Below are positions 48,805 to 58,651 of a stretch of 64,000 nucleotides of DNA, piece after piece; positions within the stretch are counted from its first letter, which is position 1; the number at the start of each line of letters is the position of its first letter. The DNA is from an uncultured Bacteriovoracaceae bacterium (lineage in GTDB: Bacteria; Bdellovibrionota; Bacteriovoracia; Bacteriovoracales; Bacteriovoracaceae), in assembly GCA_964012805.1 (NCBI GenBank), contig CAXGUD010000010.1, positions 32,001-96,000 on the forward strand, in the 5' to 3' direction. Position numbers and translations under genes: made by a program. Below the pieces are notes generated by a model that saw nothing but the letters and a program-made list of their open reading frames with translations, was not told the DNA's origin and searched no databases.

Positions 48805-50109
48805 TTAGTAACGGTAATGGCCTGGCTTAAATGGTCCTTCAACCTTCACACCAATATACTCAGCTTGATCTGAAGTTAAAGTATCAATTTCAACACCGAC
48901 TTTTTCCAAATGAAGCCTTGCAACTTTTTCATCAAGGTGCTTTGGAAGCATGTAAACATCAATTTTATAATTTTCTGAGTTTTGCCAAAGCTCAATTTGA
49001 GCCATGACTTGATTAGTAAAAGAATTACTCATAACAAAAGATGGATGACCTGTGGCACATCCAAGATTTACAAGTCTACCCTGGGCCAAAAGAATAATCT
49101 TTTTCCCATCTTCAAAAATATACTGATCAACTTGAGGTTTAATATTCACCATTTTAATAGTGTCTTTATTCAAGCTTGCTACATTTATTTCAGAGTCAAA
49201 ATGCCCAATATTGCAAACAATAGCTCCATCTCTCATCTTTTTAAGGTGTTCCTCATTGATGACATCAACACAGCCAGTAGTTGTTACAAAAATATCACCT
49301 AGCTCACAAGCCTTGTCCATTTTCATAACTTCAAAGCCTTCCATAGAAGCTTGCAAAGCACATATAGGGTCAATTTCAGTGACAATAACTCTTCCACCTA
49401 AACCTTTAAAAGATTGCGCAGAACCTTTTCCAACATCTCCATAGCCAGCAACAACACATACTTTTCCAGCTATCATTACGTCGGTTGCTCTTTTTATTCC
49501 ATCGACCAAAGACTCACGACAGCCATAGAGGTTATCAAACTTAGACTTTGTTACCGAGTCATTAATGTTGATAGCAGGAACTTTTAATTCTCCCTTCTTA
49601 ACCATTTCAACAAGCCTATGAACACCTGTTGTCGTTTCTTCCGAAATTCCACGAATATCGTTTAAATAATTTGGAAAATCGTCGTGAACCATTTTTGTTA
49701 AATCCCCTCCATCATCGAGAATCATGTTTGGGCCCTTACCATCTGGCCATTTTATGGTCTGCTCAATACACCATAAGAATTCTTCTTCAGTTTCCCCTTT
49801 CCAAGCAAAAGTAGGAATTCCTGAAGCCGCCATGGCTGCAGCAGCATGATCCTGAGTAGAGAAAATATTACAAGAAGACCATCTAATTTCTGCCCCTAAA
49901 TCGATAAGAGTTTCCATTAAAACTGCTGTCTGGATTGTCATGTGAATACATCCAGCAATTCTTGCGCCTTTCAATGGTTTTTTTTCTCCATATTCTTTTC
50001 TTAAAGTCATCAGCCCAGGCATTTCTTTTTCTGCAACTTCAATCTCTTTTCTACCCCAATCAGCTAGCGAGATATCTGCAACTTTAAAATCACCTTCCCT
50101 TAGTCCCAT
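48805..50109 (-). CDS. ahcY: S-adenosylhomocysteine hydrolase
   Basis: [46 protein letters not shown]. Confidence 0.98.
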   Translation of the reverse strand: MGLREGDFKVADISLADWGRKEIEVAEKEMPGLMTLRKEYGEKKPLKGARIAGCIHMTIQTAVLMETLIDLGAEIRWSSCNIFSTQDHAAAAMAASGIPTFAWKGETEEEFLWCIEQTIKWPDGKGPNMILDDGGDLTKMVHDDFPNYLNDIRGISEETTTGVHRLVEMVKKGELKVPAININDSVTKSKFDNLYGCRESLVDGIKRATDVMIAGKVCVVAGYGDVGKGSAQSFKGLGGRVIVTEIDPICALQASMEGFEVMKMDKACELGDIFVTTTGCVDVINEEHLKKMRDGAIVCNIGHFDSEINVASLNKDTIKMVNIKPQVDQYIFEDGKKIILLAQGRLVNLGCATGHPSFVMSNSFTNQVMAQIELWQNSENYKIDVYMLPKHLDEKVARLHLEKVGVEIDTLTSDQAEYIGVKVEGPFKPGHYRY

Positions 50110-50361
50110 TTCTTTCCTCCTGTGGTGGTATTTTAAAAAAAATTAAAAAATAAAACTTTAATCAATAAAAATTAACTAGAGATTGTATAGCATTGCGAGA
50201 GTATCAAAACAATCTCCAAAGCAAAATAACGCACACAGCAAAAACTATTTCCATATTATTTGACGCCTCGAATGAACAAGGCTATTAAAACAGCTCCAAT
50301 TTTTAGAATAAAGGATGATTCGTATTGGACGAAAAGGCTTTAGAAACTGATAAGGGAAAAG

Positions 50362-51333
50362 ATGGGACATTATACGAACCTCACTTTAAGCGAAGTCCAG
50401 GACATCCTAAAAATCTATTCTTTAGGTAAAGTCAAAGAAATAACACCTTTGTCCTATGGGATATCTAATTCAAATTTCAAAGTATTAGTTATAAACAACA
50501 GTCAAAGTAAGCCATTCCTTTTAAAAATTTCAAACGATAAAAACAAAAGTGAATTAAATGAAGAGCAGGAAATACTCGATTTTTTAAAGAAAGCAGGTTT
50601 TCCTCTATCTATATCGCCTCTAAAAACGATAGACCAAGCTACCATTTTCTCTTACAAGAACTATATAGGTGCTATTTATCCATTTGTTGAAGGTATTACC
50701 CCGAAACCAGAACAAGAAACATGCTTTCAGATAGGAAAAGCATTGGGGAAATTACACTCTTTAAAAAAAGAATCATTTTCTAACTACAGCATTAGAAAAC
50801 ACAAAACTATTGGCTTTGAATTACCGTTCATTTCCAATTTTGTTCTCGACAAAGACTGTCCTCCTAAATTTAAAGAATACTTTTGGGATTTATTTCCTAA
50901 AGGAATTGACTCTCTAATCAATGAACCTTTTGAAGAAGGTATAATGCATGGAGATCTCTACTACGACAACACTCTTTTTAAAGACAAAAACATCATCACT
51001 CTCCTAGATTTTGAGCAGGCAGGTTTAGGACCTCTCATTTTGGATTTAGGAATTTCAATTTCTGGTACATCACTCATTGATGGAAAAATATCAACCTCGC
51101 TTGTCGAAAAGTTTGTCGAAGGATATGAAAAGGAAAGACTCTTGAGTAGCATTGAGAAAAAATCCTTAAATTCCTTTATTCTTTTAGGTCTATTTTCAAT
51201 CTCCCTTTGGAGAATCTACAGATTTAAGTTTGGAGAATTAGACTCAAAAAAAGCCGACAGTTATATAGAATTACTAGAAAGAGCAAGCAGTTTTAAAAAA
51301 GAATTATTTAAGACCTCCAAGGAAAAAACATGA
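50362..51333 (+). CDS. thrB: Type II homoserine kinase (APH-like)
   Basis: MGHYT.L, GISNSNF, LGKLH, HGDLYYDN, LDF. Confidence 0.75.
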   Translation: MGHYTNLTLSEVQDILKIYSLGKVKEITPLSYGISNSNFKVLVINNSQSKPFLLKISNDKNKSELNEEQEILDFLKKAGFPLSISPLKTIDQATIFSYKNYIGAIYPFVEGITPKPEQETCFQIGKALGKLHSLKKESFSNYSIRKHKTIGFELPFISNFVLDKDCPPKFKEYFWDLFPKGIDSLINEPFEEGIMHGDLYYDNTLFKDKNIITLLDFEQAGLGPLILDLGISISGTSLIDGKISTSLVEKFVEGYEKERLLSSIEKKSLNSFILLGLFSISLWRIYRFKFGELDSKKADSYIELLERASSFKKELFKTSKEKT

Positions 51334-52556
51334 CTCCCCAAATTAACCCTAACTTTTTTGCATCATGCTCTAAAAACCTGGAAGAACTTCTTGAAAGGGA
51401 AGCAAGTACTTTTGGATGCGAAAAAACCGACCGACAAACAGGTGGAGTCTCTTTTTCTGCTTCTTATGAGACTTGTTTAGAGTTTTTACTCCATTCAAGA
51501 ATATCTAGTAGAATTTTTATGAAAATAACAGATTTTTCCATAAAAAGCCTCAACGAGCTTTACGGAAAAGTAAAAGGTTACTCATGGCAAAGTACTTTTC
51601 CTCTTAATCAAACCTTTAAAATTAAAACAATTTTTGATTCAAGTGCAAAGCGATCTTTCAAAAACTCAATTCTTTTTTCACAGAAGGCTAAAGATGGTAT
51701 TGTTGATCATTTTAGGGAAAAGACTTCAAAGAGACCTTCAGTTGATACAAAAAACCCTGATATTTCTTTTCTTATCCGAGTTGAAGAAACTGCAGAAAAG
51801 AAATGGAAAGTAATTTTTTACTTAGACCTTTGCCATATGCCTCTTAGTCAAAGGGGGTACAGAAAAAACTCGGGGGAAGCTCCTCTTAGAGAAAACCTAG
51901 CTGCTGGCATTATTATGCTGACTGATTGGGATCCTAAAAAAGACCTTTTTATTGATAGCATGTGCGGCTCTGGAACTCTATCAATTGAAGCAGTTCTTAT
52001 CAGTGCGCAAATTCCTCCCACGTTTCTAAAAATAAAAAGGTTTATAGAAAATAAAGATAAACCTTTCAGTTTTTTAAAACATAACTGGTTTAATAAAAAC
52101 AAAAGCCTTAAAAGCTACTTCTACCAACGAATGGAGTCACTCTACGAGGATATTGAAAACAAAACAAAAAGCCTTTCAACAAAACAGTTTTATGCTTCAG
52201 ACTGGGATAACCGCGTCCTAAATACAGCGCGAGAAAACTTCCAAAAAATGAACTTCGAAAACATCATCCATTTAAAAAAGCAAAATGCTCTTAAACTTCC
52301 TCCACCAAATAATAAACAAAAAGGAATTATCATTTGCAATCCTCCATATGGAGTTAGACTTGGAGAAGAAGAAAAGCTAAAAGAGCTCTATAGGGAGTAC
52401 GGTGAAAACCTGAAAAAAAACTTCAAGGGATTTAGGGCTTATATTTTTACAGGAAATATGAATTTAAGAAAACAAATATCTCTATCGACATCGAAGAGGA
52501 TCCCTCTATTCAATGGTACAATTGAGTGCCGTCTTTTGAAGTATGATTTGTACTAA
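51330..52556 (+). CDS. THUMP-domain RNA methyltransferase (RlmL/YpsC-like)
   Basis: RGYR, APLRENLAA, D.MCGSGT, NPPYG.RL, LFNG.IEC. Confidence 0.9.
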   Translation: MTPQINPNFFASCSKNLEELLEREASTFGCEKTDRQTGGVSFSASYETCLEFLLHSRISSRIFMKITDFSIKSLNELYGKVKGYSWQSTFPLNQTFKIKTIFDSSAKRSFKNSILFSQKAKDGIVDHFREKTSKRPSVDTKNPDISFLIRVEETAEKKWKVIFYLDLCHMPLSQRGYRKNSGEAPLRENLAAGIIMLTDWDPKKDLFIDSMCGSGTLSIEAVLISAQIPPTFLKIKRFIENKDKPFSFLKHNWFNKNKSLKSYFYQRMESLYEDIENKTKSLSTKQFYASDWDNRVLNTARENFQKMNFENIIHLKKQNALKLPPPNNKQKGIIICNPPYGVRLGEEEKLKELYREYGENLKKNFKGFRAYIFTGNMNLRKQISLSTSKRIPLFNGTIECRLLKYDLY

Positions 52557-52610
52557 TATTTAGAAGTTAATGACTATAGTAAGAATGAGCTTGCATTTAA
52601 TAGTTACTAG

Positions 52611-53462
52611 CTAGAACATCTCTGCTATTCTCATTGCAAGCTCTGGAGTTGAGAATCTTAATAGTCCAGAACTATTAGAGACTTTTCCAATATGCTTTGA
52701 AGACTTACTAAAAAAGTATTGCGCAATATCCACATCTTTTAAAAAGATTGTGTGACCTTTTCCTGAAATTTTCCGAATGATAAAGTCAGAGTCAAGGATA
52801 CAAATTTCCCTTATTTTAAAGTTAAACGATAAATAAATGACAATACATAAGTCACTTAGCTGAACTAAAGTCTTCTTAATTTTGACGCCTTTAGCAGGAC
52901 TAGTATTTCCCCAACTCACTTTGACCTCAACTCTAGAGTCACCTAACAAGAAGTCAAAACCCCTTTGGGATGTAGACTTTTTCTGCTTAAGACCAAAAAC
53001 ACACTTTGCGTACCACTCTCCTAGCTGTACAGGTAGATTTTTTCCATTAATCAGTATATTTTTTTCTCTTAAGGTTTCATACGAACGACTGGCTTGCTCA
53101 ATGGAATCTAGAATAGAACTGTTATCAGGAACATAGAGTATTGCGATATTTTTCTCTTGGGAACGAGCTAATTTTCTTGAAAACTTCTCTTGAAACCATT
53201 GGGAAAATTCTTCCGATGGGTGGAATTCATAACTTTCGAAGACAAAACCAATCTTTTGCAGATCTTTTTCAGATTCTAGTGGTTCTATTTTTTTTATTAG
53301 GGCTTTTAAAGGAATGTAGCCATTTTCACCCCTAACGAAAACTTTTTCTCTATACAGTTCTGAGCTGCCATGACTCTTTGAAGAGAACTCCTTTACTTGA
53401 TCATTTACATCAGAAATATCGACCATAACATCAATCTCTTTGTAGAGTCTAGCTGATATCAT
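52611..53462 (-). CDS. Hypothetical protein with putative PD-(D/E)xK nuclease core
   Basis: QLGEWYA...GFD...VEVK arrangement. Confidence 0.55.
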   Translation of the reverse strand: MISARLYKEIDVMVDISDVNDQVKEFSSKSHGSSELYREKVFVRGENGYIPLKALIKKIEPLESEKDLQKIGFVFESYEFHPSEEFSQWFQEKFSRKLARSQEKNIAILYVPDNSSILDSIEQASRSYETLREKNILINGKNLPVQLGEWYAKCVFGLKQKKSTSQRGFDFLLGDSRVEVKVSWGNTSPAKGVKIKKTLVQLSDLCIVIYLSFNFKIREICILDSDFIIRKISGKGHTIFLKDVDIAQYFFSKSSKHIGKVSNSSGLLRFSTPELAMRIAEMF

Positions 53463-53568
53463 ATCACTATTTAAAGTAAACCTCTAGAAAACAGACCTAT
53501 AATAAAATTTTCTAACTTAAAATTTAAAAAATTCCGAAATAGATTTACCTCAAAAATAGTAATAAGTT

Positions 53569-55134
53569 ATGAAAATCATATTTATTATAATACTTACGTT
53601 TACCCTTAAACCTTACTTTTCTTATGCTGAAAAAACGTCCAACTATTTTAATAAAGCTCTCAATTTTTACAAATCAGGTGATTACGATAAATCAACTTTT
53701 TTTATCAAGAAAAACATTTCTAAAAAAAAGTCTCACTTTCCAAGCTTAAAACTACTATCAAAAATTTATACTAAAAAAGAAAAGTATTCTAAAGCTCTTA
53801 AAATTTATCTATCAATTTTAAGAGCTCTCCATTACCCAATAAATCTCAATCTAAATAGCAAAAAAACACTCGAAGGTGATCTCAATAATATTCCTGTACC
53901 GAAAATAAAAGCTCGAGAGGTATATTACTTGATTGCAAAAACTTATTGGCTTTCATCTAAAAGTAACATTTATTCAAAAAAAGTAAAAAGATTGAATTTA
54001 ATAAGAAGTCTGAGGTATTTTCAAATTTGTAATTTTTACAAAATAAAGCCTAAATCAACAGCTTTACATCTTGCTATCATAAGAAAAAAATTGGGAGATA
54101 GCGATCTTGCAGAAATAAATTTATCTCAATTTTCTAGACTCATAAAAAATGATAAAAAAATAAAGTCGATGCCTCAAAAAGCAAAAGTTCTTCTAGGAAA
54201 TGTATACTTAGACTCGGGGCAATACAGAAAAGGCCTTTTGATATCTAATTCTGTAAGAAAAGAAAGTTCAAGTAATTCAAAAAGCTTACAGAAAAAAATT
54301 CAAGAAGAATCTTCAAACTTTAACCTTTTAATAGGGAGATCATTTGATTCAAACTTAACAAAAACTGAAAATTCAAAAAAAATTCAAGATTCAGTCTATT
54401 CTGAAACAAAAATTGATTATAATTTCCGAACAACAATGAAAAATGACACATCTTATCTTTTTGGATTATCCTTCAATCAAGACGTTATGGAAAAAAATCA
54501 GTTGAGCCACCTTGACAGCAAATCTCTTGAGCTAAAAGTAGGTTTTTTAAGAAATAATTTCTCCTCATTTTTATTAAGCTCTACCTACTCTTTTAAAAAC
54601 ATTTCTTCCAAATTAGCAAATAGCTTAACATTTCAGAATAATTTAAACCTTCATTCAATTGAAACTAGTCTTCATTCCGCTTCAACAAAAGGCTTACATT
54701 CTTGGAAGCTATCCCTTACTGCCTTCGATTATCTAAATCAGGGTGATAATGTAGACCTCGGTCTAAAATGGTTTTATGAACCTTTTTCAAAAACAGTTCT
54801 TTTTTCCCCTACTTATGGACTTTCTCTTTTAATATTTAAAAATAAGTACAGTAGTTCGATGACTACAGAGACAAAAACATCTATCACAAACCGTTCCATA
54901 ATAAGTTATCTTAAATTAAAACTTTCAACTCATCTCAATTATTCCTATCAGTATAACAAAAATTCATCTTACAACCTTCACCAGGTTGAGTTCATAAATA
55001 TGTTAAATATCCCAATAGGTTGGCTTGAAAACTTGTATTTTTTTCCTTCTATTAAATATAGTTTTATAAAAAAGAAAAATACTGATCTTTTTACTAAATG
55101 GAGAGGTAGTGCCAACCTCTCACTTACTTTTTAG
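53569..55134 (+). CDS. TPR plus C-terminal beta-barrel outer-membrane protein
   Basis: Signal peptide, TPR-like helices, FDSN at the barrel start, alternating strands, terminal LSLTF. Confidence 0.6.
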   Translation: MKIIFIIILTFTLKPYFSYAEKTSNYFNKALNFYKSGDYDKSTFFIKKNISKKKSHFPSLKLLSKIYTKKEKYSKALKIYLSILRALHYPINLNLNSKKTLEGDLNNIPVPKIKAREVYYLIAKTYWLSSKSNIYSKKVKRLNLIRSLRYFQICNFYKIKPKSTALHLAIIRKKLGDSDLAEINLSQFSRLIKNDKKIKSMPQKAKVLLGNVYLDSGQYRKGLLISNSVRKESSSNSKSLQKKIQEESSNFNLLIGRSFDSNLTKTENSKKIQDSVYSETKIDYNFRTTMKNDTSYLFGLSFNQDVMEKNQLSHLDSKSLELKVGFLRNNFSSFLLSSTYSFKNISSKLANSLTFQNNLNLHSIETSLHSASTKGLHSWKLSLTAFDYLNQGDNVDLGLKWFYEPFSKTVLFSPTYGLSLLIFKNKYSSSMTTETKTSITNRSIISYLKLKLSTHLNYSYQYNKNSSYNLHQVEFINMLNIPIGWLENLYFFPSIKYSFIKKKNTDLFTKWRGSANLSLTF

Positions 55135-55150
55135 TGAGACAGGAGATAAA

Positions 55151-56164
55151 ATGGCTTCTAAGAAAAAATCAAGCCCTAAAAAGAAAAGCTCAGAAATAAA
55201 ATCTATTGCAGTTCTCTGTAGTGGAGGAGACTCCCCAGGAATGAACTGCGCGATAAGAAGTGTTGTTCGAACAGGTATACATTATGGATTTAAAGTTTTT
55301 GGTGTTCAAAGAGGCTATACTGGACTTCTTTCTGGAAATATACACCAAATGGATGCATCATCAGTTGGAAATATTCTCCAAAAAGGAGGAACTATACTCC
55401 AAACCTCTCGGTGTAAAGAGTTCTTTCAAAAAGAAATGAGAAAGGAGGCATTTCATATTCTTCAAAGAAAAAAAGTTGATGCTCTCATAGTTATAGGTGG
55501 AAATGGGTCTTTAAAAGGAGCATTCCACCTTCACAAAGAAACACTTCTCCCTGTTGTAGGCATTCCAGGAAGTATAGATAATGACATTTCAGGTACATCC
55601 TACTCTATAGGTTTTGATACTGCTGTACAAACTGCAATTGATGCTGTTGATAAAATTAGAGATACAGCCACTTCTCATGAAAGAACTTTTATTGTAGAAG
55701 TTATGGGTAGAAAATCTCCTTCAATAGCTCTTCACGTAGGAGTATGTACCGGAGCCGAGAATGTTGTTTTTTCAGAGAAGACCCTTAATATAAAAGAAAT
55801 TTATAATGATATTCAAAGAGGTATCGAAAGAGGTAAGAGTTCTTCTATAATTATTGTAGCAGAGGGAGAAAAACCTGGTCTAAGTTATGAAGTTCAAACC
55901 AGACTAAAACAAAATTATCAAATTGATGCTCATGTTTGTATTTTAGGTCATATTCAAAGAGGTGGAAAACCTACATCAATTGATCGTTTTATGGGATCAA
56001 AAATGGGTTATTTGGCAGTAAGGGCATTAACAGAAAAAAAGTTTCCTGTCGTCGTGGCCCACAATCAAGGTTCCACAGATATTATTTCGTTAGACGAGTC
56101 CATTAGCTCAAAGGAGGAAAAAGACTTAACAAGTCTAGACCTTCTCAAAACACTCTCAATTTAA
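55151..56164 (+). CDS. pfkA: ATP-dependent 6-phosphofructokinase
   Basis: SGGDSPGMN, GGTIL, IDND, IGFDTA, VEVMGR, LGHIQRGG. ATG 55151 has an AGGAG RBS. Confidence 0.95.
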   Translation: MASKKKSSPKKKSSEIKSIAVLCSGGDSPGMNCAIRSVVRTGIHYGFKVFGVQRGYTGLLSGNIHQMDASSVGNILQKGGTILQTSRCKEFFQKEMRKEAFHILQRKKVDALIVIGGNGSLKGAFHLHKETLLPVVGIPGSIDNDISGTSYSIGFDTAVQTAIDAVDKIRDTATSHERTFIVEVMGRKSPSIALHVGVCTGAENVVFSEKTLNIKEIYNDIQRGIERGKSSSIIIVAEGEKPGLSYEVQTRLKQNYQIDAHVCILGHIQRGGKPTSIDRFMGSKMGYLAVRALTEKKFPVVVAHNQGSTDIISLDESISSKEEKDLTSLDLLKTLSI

Positions 56165-56707
56165 AAAGTCTTCTGTCCACTTTCTGTAGGATATTTTATG
56201 AAAGGGTAGATAAAAAAACATCTCCTCTAAAGGTATCTCTTTTTTTTCTTTAAGTAATACTTCACTAACTTTTCCCATGTATCTTGAAAAGAATATCTTA
56301 TTAGCATTGAAGAGCTCATTTCTCTCAGCATCCAACATTAATGAAATTATGTTTCCATCAATGTCGACTTTTCCTACTGAAAGACAATTATCTAACTTTT
56401 TAATTGGAATAAATTTGCATAGAGAACATAGTAATAAATAAATTGGTAACTCTAACCATCTAAAATCTTCCCACAACAGTTTTTTTACAGACTCCAGCCC
56501 CTCAATAACTAAGACAAACCTCTTTAAGGGTATTGTTTTATTTTGACTCCTGAAAAGATAAATAAACTTTTCCTTTAATGGCCTTCCTTTCCTTCCCAAA
56601 CCTAAAATTTCAATTCCAGGTAAACCATTATTTGAGTAACCAAAAATATTTATTTTTAAAATTTTTTTTCCCCTTAAATAGAGACCTTTTGTTGATGACG
56701 TAAACAT
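56156..56707 (-). CDS. Stand-alone ComM/YifB N-terminal (Lon-like S5 fold) domain protein
   Basis: GLPGIEILGL, KEK, P.KR, LELPI, G.VDIDG match the ComM N-domain pattern; no AAA+ domain. Confidence 0.55.
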   Translation of the reverse strand: MFTSSTKGLYLRGKKILKINIFGYSNNGLPGIEILGLGRKGRPLKEKFIYLFRSQNKTIPLKRFVLVIEGLESVKKLLWEDFRWLELPIYLLLCSLCKFIPIKKLDNCLSVGKVDIDGNIISLMLDAERNELFNANKIFFSRYMGKVSEVLLKEKKEIPLEEMFFYLPFHKISYRKWTEDFLN

Positions 56708-56833
56708 TTTGTTCCTCTTAAAATAAGTTGAATTATTTTCTTTTATTGCAACTAAAAATATTTTAAGGATTGAATAAAATATAGGAATTATTAGATAATT
56801 TATTTCAATGAAACCATTAAATTTATAAAGAGT

Positions 56834-57331
56834 TCAAAGATTTTTTTCCTGTGAATAATAACAAGACCTTTTATCACTTTTTCCTCTATAAAAATGAAAC
56901 TCTTTTAGATCAAAAGCGTAACTCTTTCTCAACTTTTTACAAAGTTCTATTGAGTCTTCAACATCATTTTTAAAATCTTTCAAATTAAAGGTAAGAACAG
57001 CTGAACTACCGAATTGGCAAAGGGCCTTTCCTTCCTTATAAACAACTCCTCTTAAAAAAGGCCTCTTACTTACATTAGGCATTTTTTTTATTTTTATCAT
57101 TTTTAAACAAAATGACCTAACATTAACCTTCTCTCCCATACAATCAAAAAAAGCCATTGAATGCCTTTTAGAAATCAAGCTGTTTTTTTTCATCAAAGTG
57201 CAGGCGCTCCTTAGACTTTCCTCAATATTTTGAGGGTCATAAATTTTAAAATTAACTTTAGCGGGATTTATAGAGGGGAAAAAAAAGGTTCCCCCCCAAA
57301 AAAGAAACAAACCTAGAAAGAAGCGAAACAT
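56834..57331 (-). CDS. Exported hypothetical protein with six Cys
   Basis: 165-aa ORF with hydrophobic N-terminus, 13 bp downstream of gdhA. Confidence 0.65.
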   Translation of the reverse strand: MFRFFLGLFLFWGGTFFFPSINPAKVNFKIYDPQNIEESLRSACTLMKKNSLISKRHSMAFFDCMGEKVNVRSFCLKMIKIKKMPNVSKRPFLRGVVYKEGKALCQFGSSAVLTFNLKDFKNDVEDSIELCKKLRKSYAFDLKEFHFYRGKSDKRSCYYSQEKNL

Positions 57332-57344
57332 AGCTTTTTTCCGA

Positions 57345-58604
57345 CTAAGATGGAAATAGTCCTCTAAGCCTCATGGCCATAAAAAGTTTTCCTAAAGCGA
57401 CTATAAAAGCAGCCTTTTTCATATCTGTATCGTATTTATCTTTAGCTTCACAAACTTCATCAAAAGCCCTTTTTAAGATTCCATGAAGCTCTTCATTAAT
57501 TCGGTCTAAATCCCAGAAAAAATTCTGAAGACCCTGGACCCACTCGAAGTAAGAGACAACAACACCACCGGCATTACATAAGATATCTGGTATAATAAAG
57601 ACGCCTTTATTGGACAAGTGCTCAATCGCATGTTTAGTAAGTGGACCATTAGCACCCTCAGCAATGATTTTCGCCTTAACATTATCACAGTTGTCCTTTG
57701 TCACGACACCATCAATTGCTGCAGGAATTAGCACATCAACATCTAAAGCCAGAAGCTCCTCATTAGAAATCACTGTTGCACCAGGCATGTCCTTTAAAAA
57801 CCTTCTGCTATCAACCCAATCAACTGCTTTTTGAAGATCAATTCCATTTTTATCATAGATTGCACCTGAAACATCACTGATTGCAACAATCTTAACTCCT
57901 TCTGCATGTAAATCTTGAGCTGCAGGAATACCAACTTTTCCAAAACCGTGAATAGCGACAGTAGTATTGCTACCCATAGTTAACCCCATTTTTTGGGCAG
58001 CAAAGTTCACGCAGAATGCAACTCCTTTCCCAGTTGCTTCTGCTCTTCCCAAAGAGCCTCCGACAGCAATAGGTTTACCTGTTACTACTCCAGGTATCGT
58101 ATAACCTTTTAATTGGGAATAGGTATCCATAAACCAGGCCATCGTTTGAGCATCTGTTCCAATATCAGGAGCTGGTATATCTGTTGAAGGACCTATAATC
58201 ATGTTGATTTCAGTGCAATATCTTCTTGTTAACGATTGAAGCTCCTGACGAGATAGATTGTTTGGATCAACCATAATCCCACCCTTAGCGCCACCTAAAG
58301 GAAGTCCTACCAGAGCACACTTAAAGGTCATCAGCATGGCCAAAGCAGCCGTTTCAGAGAGGTCAACATTGGGGTGATAACGAATCCCACCTTTTCCAGG
58401 TCCAATTGTCATATTATGTTGAACCCTAAACCCCATGAAAGTTTTAACAGTTCCGTCATCGAGCCTAATGGGTACTGAAACCTGTAAGGCCCTCTTTGGA
58501 TATTTTAAACGATCTAAAACATTAGGATCTAAACTCATCGTATATGAAGCCACTTCTAATTGTTCTAGCGCATCCTTATAGAGGGGGCTTTCAAAAAGGC
58601 TCAT
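57345..58604 (-). CDS. gdhA: Glutamate dehydrogenase (Glu/Leu/Phe/Val DH)
   Basis: GPGKGGIRYHP, GGAKGG, DIPAPD, VTGKP, GSLGR.EATG, EGANGP, NAGGV.VSYFEW. Confidence 0.93.
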   Translation of the reverse strand: MSLFESPLYKDALEQLEVASYTMSLDPNVLDRLKYPKRALQVSVPIRLDDGTVKTFMGFRVQHNMTIGPGKGGIRYHPNVDLSETAALAMLMTFKCALVGLPLGGAKGGIMVDPNNLSRQELQSLTRRYCTEINMIIGPSTDIPAPDIGTDAQTMAWFMDTYSQLKGYTIPGVVTGKPIAVGGSLGRAEATGKGVAFCVNFAAQKMGLTMGSNTTVAIHGFGKVGIPAAQDLHAEGVKIVAISDVSGAIYDKNGIDLQKAVDWVDSRRFLKDMPGATVISNEELLALDVDVLIPAAIDGVVTKDNCDNVKAKIIAEGANGPLTKHAIEHLSNKGVFIIPDILCNAGGVVVSYFEWVQGLQNFFWDLDRINEELHGILKRAFDEVCEAKDKYDTDMKKAAFIVALGKLFMAMRLRGLFPS

Positions 58605-58651
58605 GATTATTCTCCCTTTAGCTTGTTATCAAATTTTTCTAAATCTACACC

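Noticed and set aside
50110..50361. SAH or SAM riboswitch upstream of ahcY
   Set aside because: Consensus elements (GAGGAGCG...TGC...AGGCTC) are not present on either strand.
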